Source: an uncultured Actinomycetes bacterium
Lineage (GTDB): Bacteria; Actinomycetota; Thermoleophilia; UBA2241
Assembly: GCA_963767005.1 (NCBI GenBank)
Contig: CAVYCN010000002.1
Location: 608,001 to 672,000, forward strand
Length of the DNA: 64,000 bases
Direction of reading: 5' to 3'
Shown here: positions 30,218-39,768 of the stretch, one piece after another
Layout of the letters: the number at the start of each line of letters is the position of its first letter
Position numbering within the stretch: position 1 is the stretch's first letter
Made by a program: the position numbers and the translations under genes
Notes under the pieces: model-generated
Database searches by the model: none
What the model was told of the DNA's origin: nothing
What the model saw: only the letters and a program-made list of their open reading frames with translations

Positions 30218-31417
30218 TCAGGCGAGCGCCTGCGCGAGGTCGGCGATCAGGTCGTCGGCATCCTCGATGCCGACGGAGTAGCGGATCAGCCCCTCGGGGA
30301 TGCCCATGGCCGCGCGCTCCTCGGCCGTGCACTCGACGTGGCTCGTGGTCGCGGGCGGCCCGGCGATCGTCTCGACAGCGCCGAGGTTGGCGGCGCGGTG
30401 CGCCAGGCGCAGGCTCGGCAGGACACGCTTCACGGCGTCGAAGCCGTCTTCGAGCATGAAGCTGAGGACCCCGCCGAAGCCGCGCATCTGGCGCAGGGCG
30501 ATCTCGTGGCCCGGGTGCGACTCGAGGCCGGGGTAGTAGACGGCGGCCACGCCCGGCTGCTCCGCAAGCCAGCGCGCGATGCGCAGGGCGCTCTCGTTCT
30601 GCTGGCGGATGCGCAGGTAGAGCGTCTTCATGCTGCGGATCAGCAGGTAGGCGGCCATCGGGTCGAGCGCGGCGCCGGTGATCTCGCGGTAGTGGAACAC
30701 GCGGGCCACGAGCTCGGCGTCGCCGCACACGACGCCGCCGAGCACGTCGGCGTGGCCGCCCAGGAACTTGGTGGCGCTGTGCAGCACGAGGTCGGCGCCC
30801 AGGGCGAGCGGGTTCTGGTTGACCGGCGTGGCGAAGGTGTTGTCGGCGACCACCAGGGCGCCGGCGCGGTGAGCGGCCGCCGCCAAGCGCGCGATGTCGA
30901 TGACCTTGAGCGTCGGGTTCGTCGGCGTCTCGAGGTAGACCAGCCGGCAGCCGCGCGCGATCTCGGCCTCGAGCCGCTCGTGGTCGGTCGTGTCGCAGAG
31001 CTCGACCTCGACGCCCTGGCGCGGCAGGAAGCTCGTGAAGAGCTGGTTCGTGCCGCCGTAGGTGTCCTTGACCGACACCACGCGTTCGCCCGGTGCGACG
31101 AGCGCGAATAGGGTGTTGCTCACCGCTGCCATGCCGCTCGCGAAGCTCGTGGCTGCCGCCGCGCCCTCGAGCACGCGCACCTTTTCCTCGAAGGCGTGCA
31201 CGGTCGGGTTGGTGTTGCGCGAGTAGATGTGGCCGGGCACGCGCCCCAGGGCGACGTCGAGCCACGCGTCGACGTCGGGGTAGCCGTACGCCACGCTGTA
31301 GACGACCGGCACCTGGGTGGCACCGAGCAGGGACGGTCCGTCCTCGCCGGCGCGCACCGCCAGAGTGGCCGACGACAGGGCTTGCTGCGGTCGCTCACTG
31401 CGCGCGTCGTCTGTCAT
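30218..31417 (-). CDS. Cystathionine gamma-synthase/lyase family PLP enzyme
   Basis: [47 protein letters not shown]. Confidence 0.93.
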   Translation of the reverse strand: MTDDARSERPQQALSSATLAVRAGEDGPSLLGATQVPVVYSVAYGYPDVDAWLDVALGRVPGHIYSRNTNPTVHAFEEKVRVLEGAAAATSFASGMAAVSNTLFALVAPGERVVSVKDTYGGTNQLFTSFLPRQGVEVELCDTTDHERLEAEIARGCRLVYLETPTNPTLKVIDIARLAAAAHRAGALVVADNTFATPVNQNPLALGADLVLHSATKFLGGHADVLGGVVCGDAELVARVFHYREITGAALDPMAAYLLIRSMKTLYLRIRQQNESALRIARWLAEQPGVAAVYYPGLESHPGHEIALRQMRGFGGVLSFMLEDGFDAVKRVLPSLRLAHRAANLGAVETIAGPPATTSHVECTAEERAAMGIPEGLIRYSVGIEDADDLIADLAQALA

Positions 31418-31469
31418 GTCGCCTCTCCTCGGAAGGTGGTTACCAGCGCCGTGCGGTCGCGGCGCCGGA

Positions 31470-31847
31470 TCAGTCGACGTCGGGCAGGAGCTCGGCCCGG
31501 CCCGTCTCGGGCGGCGCGCCGACCACGAGGACGACGAGCTCGGCGTCGGCCTCGTTGCGGATCTGCTGGCCGGTGTCGGTGCCGACCACGGCCACGCCGC
31601 CGCGCGGCAGCACGGCGCGCTCGGGCGGGTCGCCGAGCAGGAGCGTCGCGGTGCCCTCGAGGACGACGAACATCTCCTCCTGGGCATGCTCGACGTGACG
31701 CGTGCCACGCGTGCCGGGCGGCAGGTGCCAGATGTTCGCCCGCATGCCGGCCAGGTCGTCGGACAGGGGCGTGAGGCGGCGACGCTGGTCGCCGCGCTTG
31801 GGCGACTGCAGCTCGCACGCGCCCGGCAGAAAGACCCTGAAGCTCAT
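31470..31847 (-). CDS. Cupin domain protein
   Basis: RHVEHAQEEMFVVLEG cupin motif 1. Confidence 0.85.
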   Translation of the reverse strand: MSFRVFLPGACELQSPKRGDQRRRLTPLSDDLAGMRANIWHLPPGTRGTRHVEHAQEEMFVVLEGTATLLLGDPPERAVLPRGGVAVVGTDTGQQIRNEADAELVVLVVGAPPETGRAELLPDVD

Positions 31848-31853
31848 GTCGGC

Positions 31854-31882
31854 AGGCTAGCCGACGGCCGCCGGGCGGTCAA
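31854..31882 (-). promoter_or_regulatory. Sigma70-type leaderless promoter of the cupin gene
   Basis: TTGACC (31882-31877), 17 nt, TAGCCT (31859-31854), 6 nt, ATG. Confidence 0.75.
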
Positions 31883-31891
31883 CAGGAGCCC
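31878..31891 (+). repeat. Left target-site duplication (14 bp)
   Basis: GTCAACAGGAGCCC, identical to 46348-46361 and abutting the TIR. Confidence 0.95.
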
Positions 31892-32272
31892 GGGATAGGG
31901 GATAGGGACGCGAGAAATGTCCGGTTGCGTGACATCGGCCAAAGATCGACACTGCCGCGAGGGTGCCGGCGACGGCTCTCCTGCCCGCTCGCCGCGCTGC
32001 GCGCGGCTCGCTAACCCCACCGGAGCGACGGCTCCCGGCGAGGGCCGAGGCCGGATTTCGGACTCCATGCCCGGTGCGCCGTCGCGCCATGGGCCGGCTC
32101 ACTACTCCCCAATCCCAACCCAGCACCGTGCACGCTGGCAGCGCTCAGAATCCGTTGCCCTTGTGGGTCCTGGCACGGGCGTTGGATCGTCGCGGGCGGG
32201 CTCAGGGACCGTCAGACGTGGTCAGGGTTACGAGCGACGGGTGACAAGTCACGGGCTCGCCGCCGCTTCGCG
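31892..32272 (+). repeat. Left terminal inverted repeat (381 bp)
   Basis: Starts GGGATAGGGGATAGGGACGCGAGAAATGTCC; reverse complement of 45967-46347 with one mismatch seen (31947/46292). Confidence 0.96.
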
Positions 32273-32377
32273 CGGCTCGGCGAAAGGGCGACGAGCGAGG
32301 CGTGCGGCTGGGGCGAGGGTGGTCGAGGCGCGAGTCGACGGTCCGGCGCGTCGCGTCGTCGCGGGTGGCGCGGTGGG

Positions 32378-33454
32378 TCAGGGCTCGCCCCCGCTTGCTG
32401 TGGTGAGCACAAGGCGTCCGCCGGCGACGCAGCCGTCCTTGGCATCAAGGAAGGCGACCGCTCGAAAGTCGCTGCCGGCCGGACCGCGGACCTGTTCGTG
32501 CCAGGTCGCACCACCGTCGTCGGTCGCCACGACGATGCCGGCCATCGTGTGTCCGGTGGCGACGTCTCCGGCCACCCAGCCGTGCAGCGAGTCCGCAAAG
32601 GAGACAGCCCACAGGAAGCCGGGCATCCCCGCGGTGTCCTGCAGCTTCCAGGTGGCGCCACCGTCTGTGGTATGCAGGACGGCGATCTTCTGGGAGAACG
32701 GCGGTAGGTTCTGCATGACGGTACCGACGACCCAGCCGCTGCGCTCGGTCGTGAACGTCGCCGCGTTGAGAATGAGCCAGCAGCCCTTGGCCACCCGAGG
32801 CAGTGTCTGTCGATGCCAGGTGACGCCGCCGTCCGTGGTCGCCTCGATAGAGCCTTGGCCGACTCCCCAGCCGTCCTCAGAGGTGACGAAGTCGATAGCC
32901 GTCGTGTCATGTGCGCCGAGACTCCTCCAACGTTTGCCGCCGTCGGTCGTGACGGCGAGGTCACCCGCTGCGAGAAGCCAGCCGTGCCGGGCATCGACGA
33001 AGCTCACGTCGGACAGGCCGTTAAAGGGGGGCTGCTGGACCTGCCAGTGACTGCCGCCGTCGGTCGTGGCCAGAATGACGTGCCAACCACCCACCACCCA
33101 GCCGTGCTTGGCGTCGACGAAGTCGATCGCATCCATGGGATCGGACGTGGGCACGTCTCGTTTGTCCCAGCTACGGCCGCCGTCGGTCGTCGAAAAGACG
33201 CAGCCACCGTCACCCGAACCGACAGCCCAGCCGTCCTTGGCACTGGTGAAGGCAAGGCCGCGGATGTCGGCGTGCAGGCCGATCGCATGCCAAGCGCCAT
33301 CACCGGCCAGGGCGACCGGCGAACTGTGCATCTTGGCCTGCCCGCAGCTGCACAGCAGGGCGGCCAGGACAAGGGTCATGACAGCCACGAGGATGCCGCT
33401 GGAAGCGAGAGTGGCACGACTACTCAAGTGAGACGGTGACCTTCTGCGCGCCAC
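32378..33454 (-). CDS. BNR/YCF48-like beta-propeller lipoprotein (cargo copy 1)
   Basis: Repeated TTDGGxxW Asp-boxes and F.D..HGW motifs; hydrophobic signal ending LLCSC; GTG start after GGAGG. Confidence 0.87.
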   Translation of the reverse strand: MARRRSPSHLSSRATLASSGILVAVMTLVLAALLCSCGQAKMHSSPVALAGDGAWHAIGLHADIRGLAFTSAKDGWAVGSGDGGCVFSTTDGGRSWDKRDVPTSDPMDAIDFVDAKHGWVVGGWHVILATTDGGSHWQVQQPPFNGLSDVSFVDARHGWLLAAGDLAVTTDGGKRWRSLGAHDTTAIDFVTSEDGWGVGQGSIEATTDGGVTWHRQTLPRVAKGCWLILNAATFTTERSGWVVGTVMQNLPPFSQKIAVLHTTDGGATWKLQDTAGMPGFLWAVSFADSLHGWVAGDVATGHTMAGIVVATDDGGATWHEQVRGPAGSDFRAVAFLDAKDGCVAGGRLVLTTASGGEP

Positions 33455-33719
33455 GGGCTCCAGTCCTCCGACGAATGGCTTCGTGGGGTATTTCGTCAGG
33501 CGTGGCCGCAGCCTTGAGACTAGCTGACGGGTAGACCAACACCCACAGATGCTTAGTGAGCCGCGATGACCCGAATTGCCATGGCCTGTCGCTTCAGTTC
33601 GCCGCGCTTCGCGGCTTGCCGAACGGCCGTCGGGCGATGCGGGCGGGGGGAGGGGCGAAGGCAGCCGGGTCGCGAGCGACGAGTCCGGAGCGTCGCATCG
33701 TCGCGGGTGACGCAGTGGG

Positions 33720-34823
33720 TCAGGACTTGCCCCCGCTTGCCGTGGTGAGCACGAGCTGGCCGCCGGCGACGCAGCCATGTCGAGCATCAGAAAAGGCAAC
33801 CGCCTTGAAGTCGTTGCCGGCCGGACCGCGGACCTGTTCGTGCCAGGTCATGCCGCCGTCGTCGGTCGCCAACACGACGCCAGCGGTCTTGCCATTGTCA
33901 GCGACGATCCCGACCGCCCAGCCGTGCACTGGATCGGCAAAGGAGACAGCCGAGAGGGAGCCACGGAGCCTTGGTGTGTCCTCCAGTCTCCAGTTGGCAC
34001 CACCGTCAGTGGTATGCAGCACCGCGAGCCTCTCGGGAATCGGAAACACGTTGGGCTCAACCATCGCGCCAACGACCCAGCCGGACCGACGCGTCGTGAA
34101 CGCGACCGTGGAAAGGTCGAGGACCCACCCTCTTGGTACCCGGGGCAGCGTCTGGCGGTGCCAGCTGGCACCGGCGTCTGTAGTGGCCTGGATGTTGCCG
34201 TCAGCGACGCCCCAGCCGTCCTCGGAGCCGACGAAGTCAATCGCCCAGACGCCGTCAGTCGTGAACAGGTGTCGTCGGTTCCAGGTGGCGCCGCCATCGG
34301 TCGTTGCCAGCAGGATGCCGCTGCCGGTGAGGATCCACCCGTGTCGAGCGTCGCCGAGGCTCACGTCGCTCAGGCCGTTGACCGGACTGTGCTGTACCTC
34401 CCAGTGCGCCCCGCCGTCGCTTGTCGCCAGGATAAGGTCGCCACCGACGATCCAGCCGTGCCTTGCGTCGGCGAAGTCGATCGACTCCAGATCGTCGCCC
34501 AGCCCTATCCCGGGGTGCGGCACGCTCCGTCTGAGCCAACTACGGCCGCCGTCAGTGGTCGCAAACACCCATCCGCCATCGCCGACGCCCACGGCCCAGC
34601 CATCATCGGTACCGTTGAAGGCTAGGTCGCGGATGTTCGCGCGCAGGTCGGTCGCCTGCCAGGCGGCATCACCGGCCAGGGCGACCGGCGAACTGTGCAT
34701 CGTGGCCTGCCCGCAGCTGCACAGCAGGGCGGCCAGAACAAGGGTCAAGCCAGCCACAAGGACGCCGCTGGAAGCGAGAGTGGCACGACTACTCAAGTGA
34801 GGCGTTGACCTTCTGCGCGCCAC
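33720..34823 (-). CDS. BNR/YCF48-like beta-propeller lipoprotein (cargo copy 2, tandem paralogue)
   Basis: Same architecture; N- and C-termini nearly identical to copy 1, interior diverged. Confidence 0.87.
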   Translation of the reverse strand: MARRRSTPHLSSRATLASSGVLVAGLTLVLAALLCSCGQATMHSSPVALAGDAAWQATDLRANIRDLAFNGTDDGWAVGVGDGGWVFATTDGGRSWLRRSVPHPGIGLGDDLESIDFADARHGWIVGGDLILATSDGGAHWEVQHSPVNGLSDVSLGDARHGWILTGSGILLATTDGGATWNRRHLFTTDGVWAIDFVGSEDGWGVADGNIQATTDAGASWHRQTLPRVPRGWVLDLSTVAFTTRRSGWVVGAMVEPNVFPIPERLAVLHTTDGGANWRLEDTPRLRGSLSAVSFADPVHGWAVGIVADNGKTAGVVLATDDGGMTWHEQVRGPAGNDFKAVAFSDARHGCVAGGQLVLTTASGGKS

Positions 34824-35139
34824 GGGCTCCAGTCCTCCGACGAATGGCTTCGTGTGGTATGTCGTCAGGCGTGGCCGCAGCCTTGAGGCTAGCCGACGGG
34901 TAGACAAACACCCCCCCGGAACCTAGTGAGCCGCGATGACCCTAATTGCCATGGCCCTTTCGCTTCAGTTCGCCGCGCTTCGCGCGGCTCACCGAACGGC
35001 TGTCAGGCGACGGGTGCGGGCGGAGGGGCAACGACAGCCGGGGCGGGACCGACTGTGAGAGTGCAGCGGGGCCGCGGGGCCGGCGGGCCGCCGCGCCCAT
35101 TCTCGACCCCCCAACAGGTGCTACGATTGCCGCAGGTGG

Positions 35140-36096
35140 ATGGGCGCTCAAGACGCCGCCGAGAGGATGCGACACGTGGTCACGAAACGGGTCTCAGCCG
35201 TCGCCGTGCAGTCTCTGAAGGAAGCTCTGGCCAGCATCTTCTGGTACAAGCGGGACCTGCGGGGCTTCATCTCCAACTGCGTCAGCGATCCGCGACTCTT
35301 GGCGGTGGCGGATTGGGGCGGATACAAACACCAGATTGTCTCGGACATCATCGACTATCTATGCGCTCACCAGCCGCAGTCTTCCGATGACCTCGCCGTC
35401 CTGTTCGACGAGGTGGCTGAGTTCGATTCCTTTCGACACCTTGAACAGCTCGACGACGGGGCTGCGAAGGTGGCGAAGGCAAGACAGGCCGTCGCAGACC
35501 TTCGCAAGATCGTTCGGGCTCACGGCCAATTGACGGCAGAGGCAAGAGCCATCGAGGCGCGACGCAAGACGGCTGCCAGCAAGCGCGAGAAGAACGAGTC
35601 TTTCAAAAGCGCTCTCGACAAGCTGCGGGGGGATTACCTCAAGATGCTCGCCGCCGATTCCCCGCAACAGCGCGGGTTCGACTTGGAACAGCTGCTGTAT
35701 GCGGTCTTCGCGTTGTTCGATCTGGACCCGAAGGCGTCTTTCCGCATCACCGGAGCACAAATGGACGGGGCCTTCAGCTTTGACGGAACCGAGTTTCTGC
35801 TGGAGGCAAAATGGGAGTCGGGGCCGGTCGACGGTAGTGCGCTGGATAGGCTGGCCTCCAAGGTGAAGCGTCAACTCGACAACACCCTGGGGCTGTTTCT
35901 CTCCATCAATGGTTTCTCGGCGGACGGAGTTGCTGACCATTGTCGAAGCCGCCCGGTGCTCATCCTGATGACGGGGGCTGACCTCATGGCTGTGCTCGAC
36001 GGCAGGATAGACCTGGTGAGCCTCCTGCTTCGAAAACGTCAGCACGCTTCGCGGACGGGTCGAATACTCATCACCGTGCAGGAGATTCTGGACTAA
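35140..36096 (+). CDS. Mrr-like PD-(D/E)xK restriction endonuclease
   Basis: QRGFDLEQLL...QMDGAF...LLEAKW...GLFLSINGFS; true start may be 35167 or 35176. Confidence 0.8.
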   Translation: MGAQDAAERMRHVVTKRVSAVAVQSLKEALASIFWYKRDLRGFISNCVSDPRLLAVADWGGYKHQIVSDIIDYLCAHQPQSSDDLAVLFDEVAEFDSFRHLEQLDDGAAKVAKARQAVADLRKIVRAHGQLTAEARAIEARRKTAASKREKNESFKSALDKLRGDYLKMLAADSPQQRGFDLEQLLYAVFALFDLDPKASFRITGAQMDGAFSFDGTEFLLEAKWESGPVDGSALDRLASKVKRQLDNTLGLFLSINGFSADGVADHCRSRPVLILMTGADLMAVLDGRIDLVSLLLRKRQHASRTGRILITVQEILD

Positions 36097-39000
36097 TCCC
36101 GGCTCGCCTGGCTCTTTGCCGACATAATGCACTACAGAACGTCGCTCGCACCTTCACGGCTCCGCCGCAGACGGGACAAATCCGAGTCCGCTTGCCCAGC
36201 TCCCCAACATAGGCGCGCAGCGCCGCCATGTCGCCGCGCGGAACCTCCAACCCGGCGGCCGCGAGCCGCGCTCGCGCCTCTTGCGTCGCAAGCGCCGTGA
36301 GCGCGGCGCGGTTCTCCGGTTGCGGTAGCGATTCACCCTTGAGGTTGCGCCGCAGTGTGCGCACGTCCACGTCCGCTGCTGCGGCAATTGCGCTCTGGCG
36401 CAGGGTCCTGAGCACGGGAACCACCAACCGCACAAACGGATCGTTGCTCGGGTCGACATACTCGTTCATGACCTCGTCTTCGTCTTCGATAAGACCGTGC
36501 TGTACCTCTTTGAGGCGGTTGGTCTCCTTACCCACGTAGATGACGCGTAGCGCTTCGACTGGCCTGCGCCGCAACACTCCGACGGTTGTCTGCGAGCACG
36601 GCTGTCCACCTGGCGCGAGACTCTTGAATTCGCGATGACAGCGGTATTCGGCGACCACATCGGCATAGGTCTTCACCCGGGCGACCCCGGGCGCGAGCGC
36701 GTCGCCTGTAGTCACGCGGTACGCCTTGCCGCTGTAGCGGTCCGTGTAGCGCAGCTTCAGCCATTGGCTCGGGTCGGCGTTGTACGGAGCGATGAGATGG
36801 AAGGGCTTGAGCGGGTCAATGCCGGGCGGGTGACCGAGCGGGGCAACTTGTGCCGAGAGCAGGAAGTTCTGGGGCTTGACCTGCGCGGCGTAGGGTCGAC
36901 CCTTGTTTAGAGCCGCAAACAACGTCAGCGTGCGGGGGTCGTTAATGCCGACGCGACCGAGCGCGGGACGCGTAAACCAAGAGGGCGCTTGCGGCAATTC
37001 CCCGAGCACGTCGGCCGCGATGATGTAGTGCCATATCTCTTCGATCCAATCGTGCTCGCGTGAGTCGGGATCGCTCGGGTTGAGCAGGTGCCCCAAGCCG
37101 TGTCGTGAGTACTTGCGGATGACGGGGCGACCGTCGGCGTCCAAGTTGTACATGACATACCGCTTGGCGCTAATCGCGTAGCAGTACAGCTCGCGCTGCT
37201 CGCCGGTGACCTTGTCGAAGTTCTCGTCTTCGGCCTTCAGGACAGACCCGGACACGGCGTCGGGTTCATACGGATTGAGCGCCGCGAAGCGTTGGCGAAC
37301 CTCTTCGACCTCCGCCCAGCTCAGGGCCTTGACGGCTTCACGTCCATCGCACAGGCGGTGCCGCCCGCCCGGACAGGCCAGCAGACCGCCGTCTTCGTTG
37401 CCGACTATCGCCAGCGAGTCGGTATCGCAGAACACATACGATCCGCCGCGCTCGCGCACGCTGCATTCAAGCAACGCCAGCATGAGGCGAGCGGCTGAGG
37501 TAATCAGGGCGGCCAGTGGCGGGAAGCAGAACGGGCCGGGCTTTTCGGGAGCCGCCACCTTGGTTGTAAACGGCTGCCCGTCGCTGTTCCAGGCGGTCAC
37601 CTTGGCCTTGCGGTTGCCCGGCTGTTCCTTGCGGTTCATCTCCGCGAAGATGCCGTAGCTGCCGGCGTTGGCCGTCACCTTGAGCGCCTTCTGCAGGCGC
37701 TCGCGTTCGGTCGAATCGAGGGCCTGGTTGCGTTGCGTGCGCTTGCGTTCCTCGATAACCACCTTAAAGAAATCCTGCGCGCGCGGGTCGACCGGCACAG
37801 CGCCACGCAGCTTGGTCGGCCGCATGCCCTCTTGCTGTCCTTGCGCTTCGAGACAGAAGGCTTCCACCACCTGCGGTGTCTTGCCGGTCAGGAACTTGGC
37901 GGCGACCACGTCGGGCAGGGCAAACCAGACGGCGTTGTCACTTCTCAGGGGATTGGAGCCTATCTGCCAGCTTGGGCCGTGGGGGTCGTACTTCACGCGC
38001 ACGGGGAAGGTGTCGTCCTGCGGTCTGACCTTGACGAACGCCGCAAGCCGTGGCCACGTCTCGCGGCAAAAGCAATCCTCAAGGGTCACCGTGTCGAGGA
38101 ACTCGGCGACCTCTCGCGTCGCCTCGACGGCACGAATCTCGCCAGCGGTAAGCATGGCCCAGTTGCCGAGCAGGGCGTTGACCGTCGGATACATCGAAAC
38201 GAAGTCCGTGTAGACGACCGGCAACGCCACCCGGCGAATGCGACATTCGGCCCGCCCGCCATAGAAGGCGTTCATCGCCGAGCCGAGCCTGTGGCGCGGG
38301 AAGTCGGGCTGGCGGGCAAGCACCGCGTCGAGGCGCATCGCCTTCTGATAGGACTTGGCAAGCGAGGCCGGCGAGAACGCCTTGGTCACCTGCAGCGGGA
38401 TCGGGTGGCGCTCGAACTCCTCTAGCAGCTTCACGAGTAGCTCAGCCGTCGCCTTCACGTCGCGGCGGTTGTAGTCGACGTACTCGGGCGTGATCTTGCC
38501 GTGTTCTTCGGCTTGCTGCTTGGGGTGCTCGACGCCGAAATCCTCGCAGGCTTTGGCGAGCGTGTAGCTGCGGTCGGAGAGCGCGAAGGCCAGCGTGCGC
38601 AGGTCGAGGAAATGTCCCGAGAACGCGCTGCGGCGCTCCTTGCCGTCGTCGTCTTGCCAAGTCTCGTAATCTTCCGGGTCACCGACGCGGCGGTCGGTGA
38701 AGCGGAAGAGATGTTCCTTGGAGTTGAGACTCTTGATAATCAGCAATGGGCGATTGACGTCGGGCCGCAGCACGCCGCTCTCTTTGTCGGGGAAGTCCCA
38801 CAGAGTGAAGGAGAAGCCACCGCCGTATGAACGCCGAGCGTCTTTGACCTCGACGGCCAACCGCGACAGATCGAATGGCAGGTTGAATCCGACGACCAAC
38901 GCCTGTGCCTTGTAGGCCGCCCGCCAGAACGGCCCCGTCACGTTCCGCTTCAGCCGTGGCTCGTAGCGCTTCACTACGAACTCGCGGCGTGAGTAGAGGT

Positions 39001-39337
39001 GTAGCGGCTTGCGGTAGCGCCGCACGTCGAGGTCGGCCTCATGGGCGGCGACATACTCCCGAAGGACGGCGAGCCCTTCGGGGTAGCGCTCGGGCAGCTC
39101 GTCGGCGTAGAAGATGCCCTCTTCAAGACAACTGCCGGGCGCGTGCTTGCCGTAGGCAAGGGCGATGAACCGGTACGAGCCGAAGTTGAGCGCCTGCGTG
39201 GCATCGGTCGTGGTCTCGGTATCGATGACCAGGGCGAACTTGGGCGGCGTGATGAGCGTCGGTTTGTTACGGTCGGGCGCATGGGCGGAGTCCGTGGACT
39301 CCGCCCATGCGCGTAGCGCTATCGTCTCGTGACTCAA
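36071..39337 (-). CDS. polB: Family B DNA polymerase (casposon type) with C-terminal HTH and Zn finger
   Basis: ExoI IDTET, ExoII GFNLPFD, ExoIII YNRRD, YGGRAE, motif A DFVSMYP, motif B KVTANAGSYG, motif C CDTDS, KRY; TTG start overlaps the upstream TGA. Confidence 0.95.
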   Translation of the reverse strand: MSHETIALRAWAESTDSAHAPDRNKPTLITPPKFALVIDTETTTDATQALNFGSYRFIALAYGKHAPGSCLEEGIFYADELPERYPEGLAVLREYVAAHEADLDVRRYRKPLHLYSRREFVVKRYEPRLKRNVTGPFWRAAYKAQALVVGFNLPFDLSRLAVEVKDARRSYGGGFSFTLWDFPDKESGVLRPDVNRPLLIIKSLNSKEHLFRFTDRRVGDPEDYETWQDDDGKERRSAFSGHFLDLRTLAFALSDRSYTLAKACEDFGVEHPKQQAEEHGKITPEYVDYNRRDVKATAELLVKLLEEFERHPIPLQVTKAFSPASLAKSYQKAMRLDAVLARQPDFPRHRLGSAMNAFYGGRAECRIRRVALPVVYTDFVSMYPTVNALLGNWAMLTAGEIRAVEATREVAEFLDTVTLEDCFCRETWPRLAAFVKVRPQDDTFPVRVKYDPHGPSWQIGSNPLRSDNAVWFALPDVVAAKFLTGKTPQVVEAFCLEAQGQQEGMRPTKLRGAVPVDPRAQDFFKVVIEERKRTQRNQALDSTERERLQKALKVTANAGSYGIFAEMNRKEQPGNRKAKVTAWNSDGQPFTTKVAAPEKPGPFCFPPLAALITSAARLMLALLECSVRERGGSYVFCDTDSLAIVGNEDGGLLACPGGRHRLCDGREAVKALSWAEVEEVRQRFAALNPYEPDAVSGSVLKAEDENFDKVTGEQRELYCYAISAKRYVMYNLDADGRPVIRKYSRHGLGHLLNPSDPDSREHDWIEEIWHYIIAADVLGELPQAPSWFTRPALGRVGINDPRTLTLFAALNKGRPYAAQVKPQNFLLSAQVAPLGHPPGIDPLKPFHLIAPYNADPSQWLKLRYTDRYSGKAYRVTTGDALAPGVARVKTYADVVAEYRCHREFKSLAPGGQPCSQTTVGVLRRRPVEALRVIYVGKETNRLKEVQHGLIEDEDEVMNEYVDPSNDPFVRLVVPVLRTLRQSAIAAAADVDVRTLRRNLKGESLPQPENRAALTALATQEARARLAAAGLEVPRGDMAALRAYVGELGKRTRICPVCGGAVKVRATFCSALCRQRARRAGISPESPAR

Positions 39338-39756
39338 AGGGCGGCCTCCGGAAGCTCGCGCCACTCGGGGTACTCGCTGTCGAGCGAGGCGATGAACAGG
39401 CCAAGCAAGCCAGCGAGCCACACGAAGGTATCGGCAAGCTTGCGCAAAAGCGCAGCGGCGGCCACGAGAATCACGCTGGCGACGACCAACAGGATGCGCT
39501 TCGGCGGGTGGGTGAGGTCGACGCCCGCGTCGAGCATGTCGACGTGCAGCTTGCGATGACAGTTGCGGCAAAGCCAGACGGTCAGGTGGGGCAGGTTGCC
39601 AACGCCCGCGATGTGGTGATCTTCGAGCATCGTCTTGTCGACCTCGACAAAGCAGGCGGGGTCGTGCTCGCCACAGAACGGGCAGGCCGTGCCGGGCGGC
39701 ACCTTGCGCTCGCGTTTGGCCGCTCTCGCGGCCTCGCCGATGGGATCGTCACTCAT
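39334..39756 (-). CDS. HNH/Zn-finger protein with a hydrophobic C-terminal half
   Basis: CPFC...EDHHIAG...LCRNCH; translationally coupled to polB. Confidence 0.78.
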   Translation of the reverse strand: MSDDPIGEAARAAKRERKVPPGTACPFCGEHDPACFVEVDKTMLEDHHIAGVGNLPHLTVWLCRNCHRKLHVDMLDAGVDLTHPPKRILLVVASVILVAAAALLRKLADTFVWLAGLLGLFIASLDSEYPEWRELPEAAL

Positions 39757-39768
39757 GACTTCATCGCC

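Noticed and set aside
31844-32244. Short ORFs duplicated in both TIRs (for example the 93-aa MPATALL ORF)
   Set aside because: They are a by-product of the inverted repeat in GC-rich DNA, with no RBS or recognisable domain
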